Positions 34,417-36,089 of a stretch of DNA of 36,089 nucleotides are shown here, in pieces. The translations under genes were made by a program, and so were the position numbers. The notes under the pieces are model-generated. The model was not told the DNA's origin. It saw only the letters and a list, made by a program, of their open reading frames with translations, and made no database searches. The stretch spans positions 462,561-498,649 of the forward strand of contig NW_002060966.1 of NCBI RefSeq assembly GCF_000150275.1, in the 5' to 3' direction. How positions within the stretch are numbered: position 1 is the stretch's first letter; each line of letters starts with the position of its first letter. Source of the DNA: Trichoplax adhaerens (lineage: Eukaryota; Animalia; Placozoa).

Positions 34417-34757
34417 GTAAGTCTTTAGGTAATCAAGAGTGAGATACGTCGTAACTTAAAATCATTGCCAATTTCATTTCAGTAATCTATCCATACATTT
34501 ATCTCTATCGAAGTAGGAGATTCGGCTGTTTCAGCCCAAATAGTGTAATTTCTATAATTAATCTAATTTATTTACGTACTTTTCTCTTTGTAGTGTTATG
34601 TTTTCATATCAGATTTACACGGACTATTTAGCAAAACTTATAAACTAATCTTATCACTTCTATAGAATTGATTTAACTGTACAATCTGAAGATTTTAAGT
34701 ATACGGTAGCTAATTATAACTATTGCTAAAATATCTCACATGTTAATATTTCATTAG

Positions 34758-35698
34758 ATCACGATGAGTATCCTGAGCTATCGGCTACATTCGAATTAGT
34801 ACCTAATAAAGTCTTCTATTTCGAAAACAGTAAAATTTCTGGCCTACGAATTACATTTCCAGCTCAGGAAAGATCTAATAAAATCCGAACTCGCATGGTT
34901 ATTCATTATGCTGATCCTCCATATTCCAATGAATTAAAGGATCAGTCGATCATTCAGTTATCTTCAATCATTAAATTAGATAGCTATGATGCCAATCGTG
35001 GTTATAAACCTTCCATACTCTTACGATTACCAATTCCTTTGGCAACAAGAATTCTTGAAATATATAAAATTGACTCTGTGCAAGCATTACCGGTGAAGGT
35101 TTTATATCGTATTAGCGAGTATTTTCCTACGTGGGAAAAGCTAAATATAGACTACCAGTATTGCTTTGAGAATCAAGGTGGTCACTGCATAACAATTCCA
35201 ATCTATCGTACTGGATATTACGTTCTTGGATACCAATATCAATCAGATAGTTTCAATTCAAACTCATATCATAGTCTATATTATGTCTTTCCAAGTCTAC
35301 AACAAGAAGTTAACGTCTTAGCAGTTCTTTCTGCTATTCAATCACAGTCTGATCATGTTCATTTAAAATTTTTTGTGATCCGTAAGGGAGAAAACTCACA
35401 AAGTATAATTGACAAAATAGCACCACCCTACCGGGAGACTTTATTACAACATACTGGACTTGAGTATGCCATTCTAAGCAATGGCAGATATAAAATGAAT
35501 TTCTTACCAAAAGATATTACCTGCGAAGATAGATTTCAAGATAAAAACATAACCGTAAATTGGAGCCTTCGCCATTATATTTGTATCGATATTCAATGTC
35601 AGGTTATTAATCGTGACAAATTGAATAATTTGTGTGTAATAAAGTTAGAAAGATTGGATGAGAGTCATGACATTCTGGAATGTTATCAACTATGGTTA
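34758..35698 (+). CDS. IDR-ZU5 gene, ZU5 domain exon (plus probable UPA), 313 aa
   Basis: ORF-track entry 34895-35707, extended upstream in frame to the acceptor tcattag| at 34757. (D)HDEYPELSATFELVPNKVFYFENSKISGLRITFPAQERSNKIRTRMVIHYADPPYSNELKDQSIIQLSSIIKLDSYDANRGYKPSILLRLPIP fits the ZU5 pattern seen in ankyrin/UNC5/PIDD (sGlrv.iP.ga......i..r..kp........e..ls.ii.l.P.g..F..Pv.l.lPh). The following ~150 aa are UPA-like. Donor tta|gtaaaa at 35699. Confidence 0.7.
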
Positions 35699-35825
35699 GT
35701 AAAATGAAGGCTTTCCTGTAATCTTAAAGATACATTTACACAGATTTTACTTGTCGCAAATCTTGAGCTGATTCCAATCTTCCCTCAATGCAATTTTAAT
35801 GAGCTCTGCCACCTTTCTTTTTCAG

Positions 35826-35904
35826 CCTAAGCTTTCAGATCATCGCTCTAAAAAGTTGTCTAGAACTAGACGAAAACGACTACAACAGTCAATACTAGTA
35901 CAAA
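35826..35904 (+). CDS. IDR-ZU5 gene, small basic exon (PKLSDHRSKKLSRTRRKRLQQSILVQ)
   Basis: Phase-0 acceptor tttttcag| at 35825 after the 35699 donor. Canonical donor a|GTAAGT at 35905. The gene continues beyond the window. Confidence 0.5.
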
Positions 35905-36089
35905 GTAAGTACCAGTACCTTAATTAGTAATTATTGGATAGGTAATCTGTATCAGGTAGTGCAATAGCCGAAAAAGGCGTGGTATGTTGATGCTATAAGT
36001 CATATATAGTCATATTCTAGTAGAATTAAGAGTAAATTAAACTGTCAGTTGAATACGATGACTGACTACCGTACTCTTTCTTGATTTCA

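Larger units (their letters stand above)
31012..36089 (+). other. Gene span (3' end outside window): long Ser/Asn/Gln/Lys-rich disordered region followed by a ZU5(-UPA) domain. Probable ZU5-UPA-DD family member
   Basis: Five exons join in matching phases: 31128(g)|31289, 34068|34155, 34416(g)|34758 and 35698|35826. The last exon ends at a GTAAGT donor at 35905 with 184 nt of window remaining. Confidence 0.6.

Noticed and set aside
1-36089. Prokaryotic defence-system, operon or CRISPR interpretation
   Set aside because: The sequence shows eukaryotic splice architecture throughout. There are no contiguous long ORFs apart from two single-exon genes, no direct repeat-spacer arrays, and no RBS/operon organisation.

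Overview
This window is eukaryotic, not prokaryotic: about 30% GC, no long operon-style ORFs, and many short exons bounded by GTAAGT/GTTAGT-type donors and polypyrimidine-AG acceptors with introns of roughly 75-500 nt. Reading across the introns gives three + strand protein-coding loci and a gene-poor middle.

- **vPARP gene (596-13988).** About 13.4 kb and at least 30 exons. The encoded protein aligns along its whole length to vault poly(ADP-ribose) polymerase (PARP4/vPARP) in the canonical order: N-terminus/BRCT remnant, PARP regulatory helical domain, PARP catalytic domain, VIT, vWA, then an acidic and Pro-rich low-complexity region and a conserved C-terminal tail ending at a stop at 13986-13988.
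- **Gene-poor stretch (14.0-29.0 kb).** AT-rich, with three paralogous death-domain (DD) terminal-exon copies at about 17.0, 21.2 and 26.2 kb. The first copy is frameshifted. Copies 2 and 3 sit in diverged ~480-bp duplicated blocks.
- **TPR gene (29112-30131).** Single exon, 339 aa, TPR_12/kinesin-light-chain-type repeats.
- **IDR-ZU5 gene (31.0 kb to beyond the window end).** A short 5' exon, a 2.8-kb exon encoding a ~930-aa Ser/Asn/Gln/Lys-rich disordered region, and an 87-codon exon. These join in matching splice phase to a 940-nt exon encoding a ZU5 (plus probable UPA) domain and one further exon. The C-terminus, probably a death domain, lies outside the window.

No rRNA, tRNA, CRISPR or transposase was recognised. 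The co-localised DD/ZU5/TPR module cluster next to vPARP is the most notable feature. All exon boundaries were inferred by eye from reading frame, splice phase and remembered homolog sequence, and need computational or RNA-seq confirmation.
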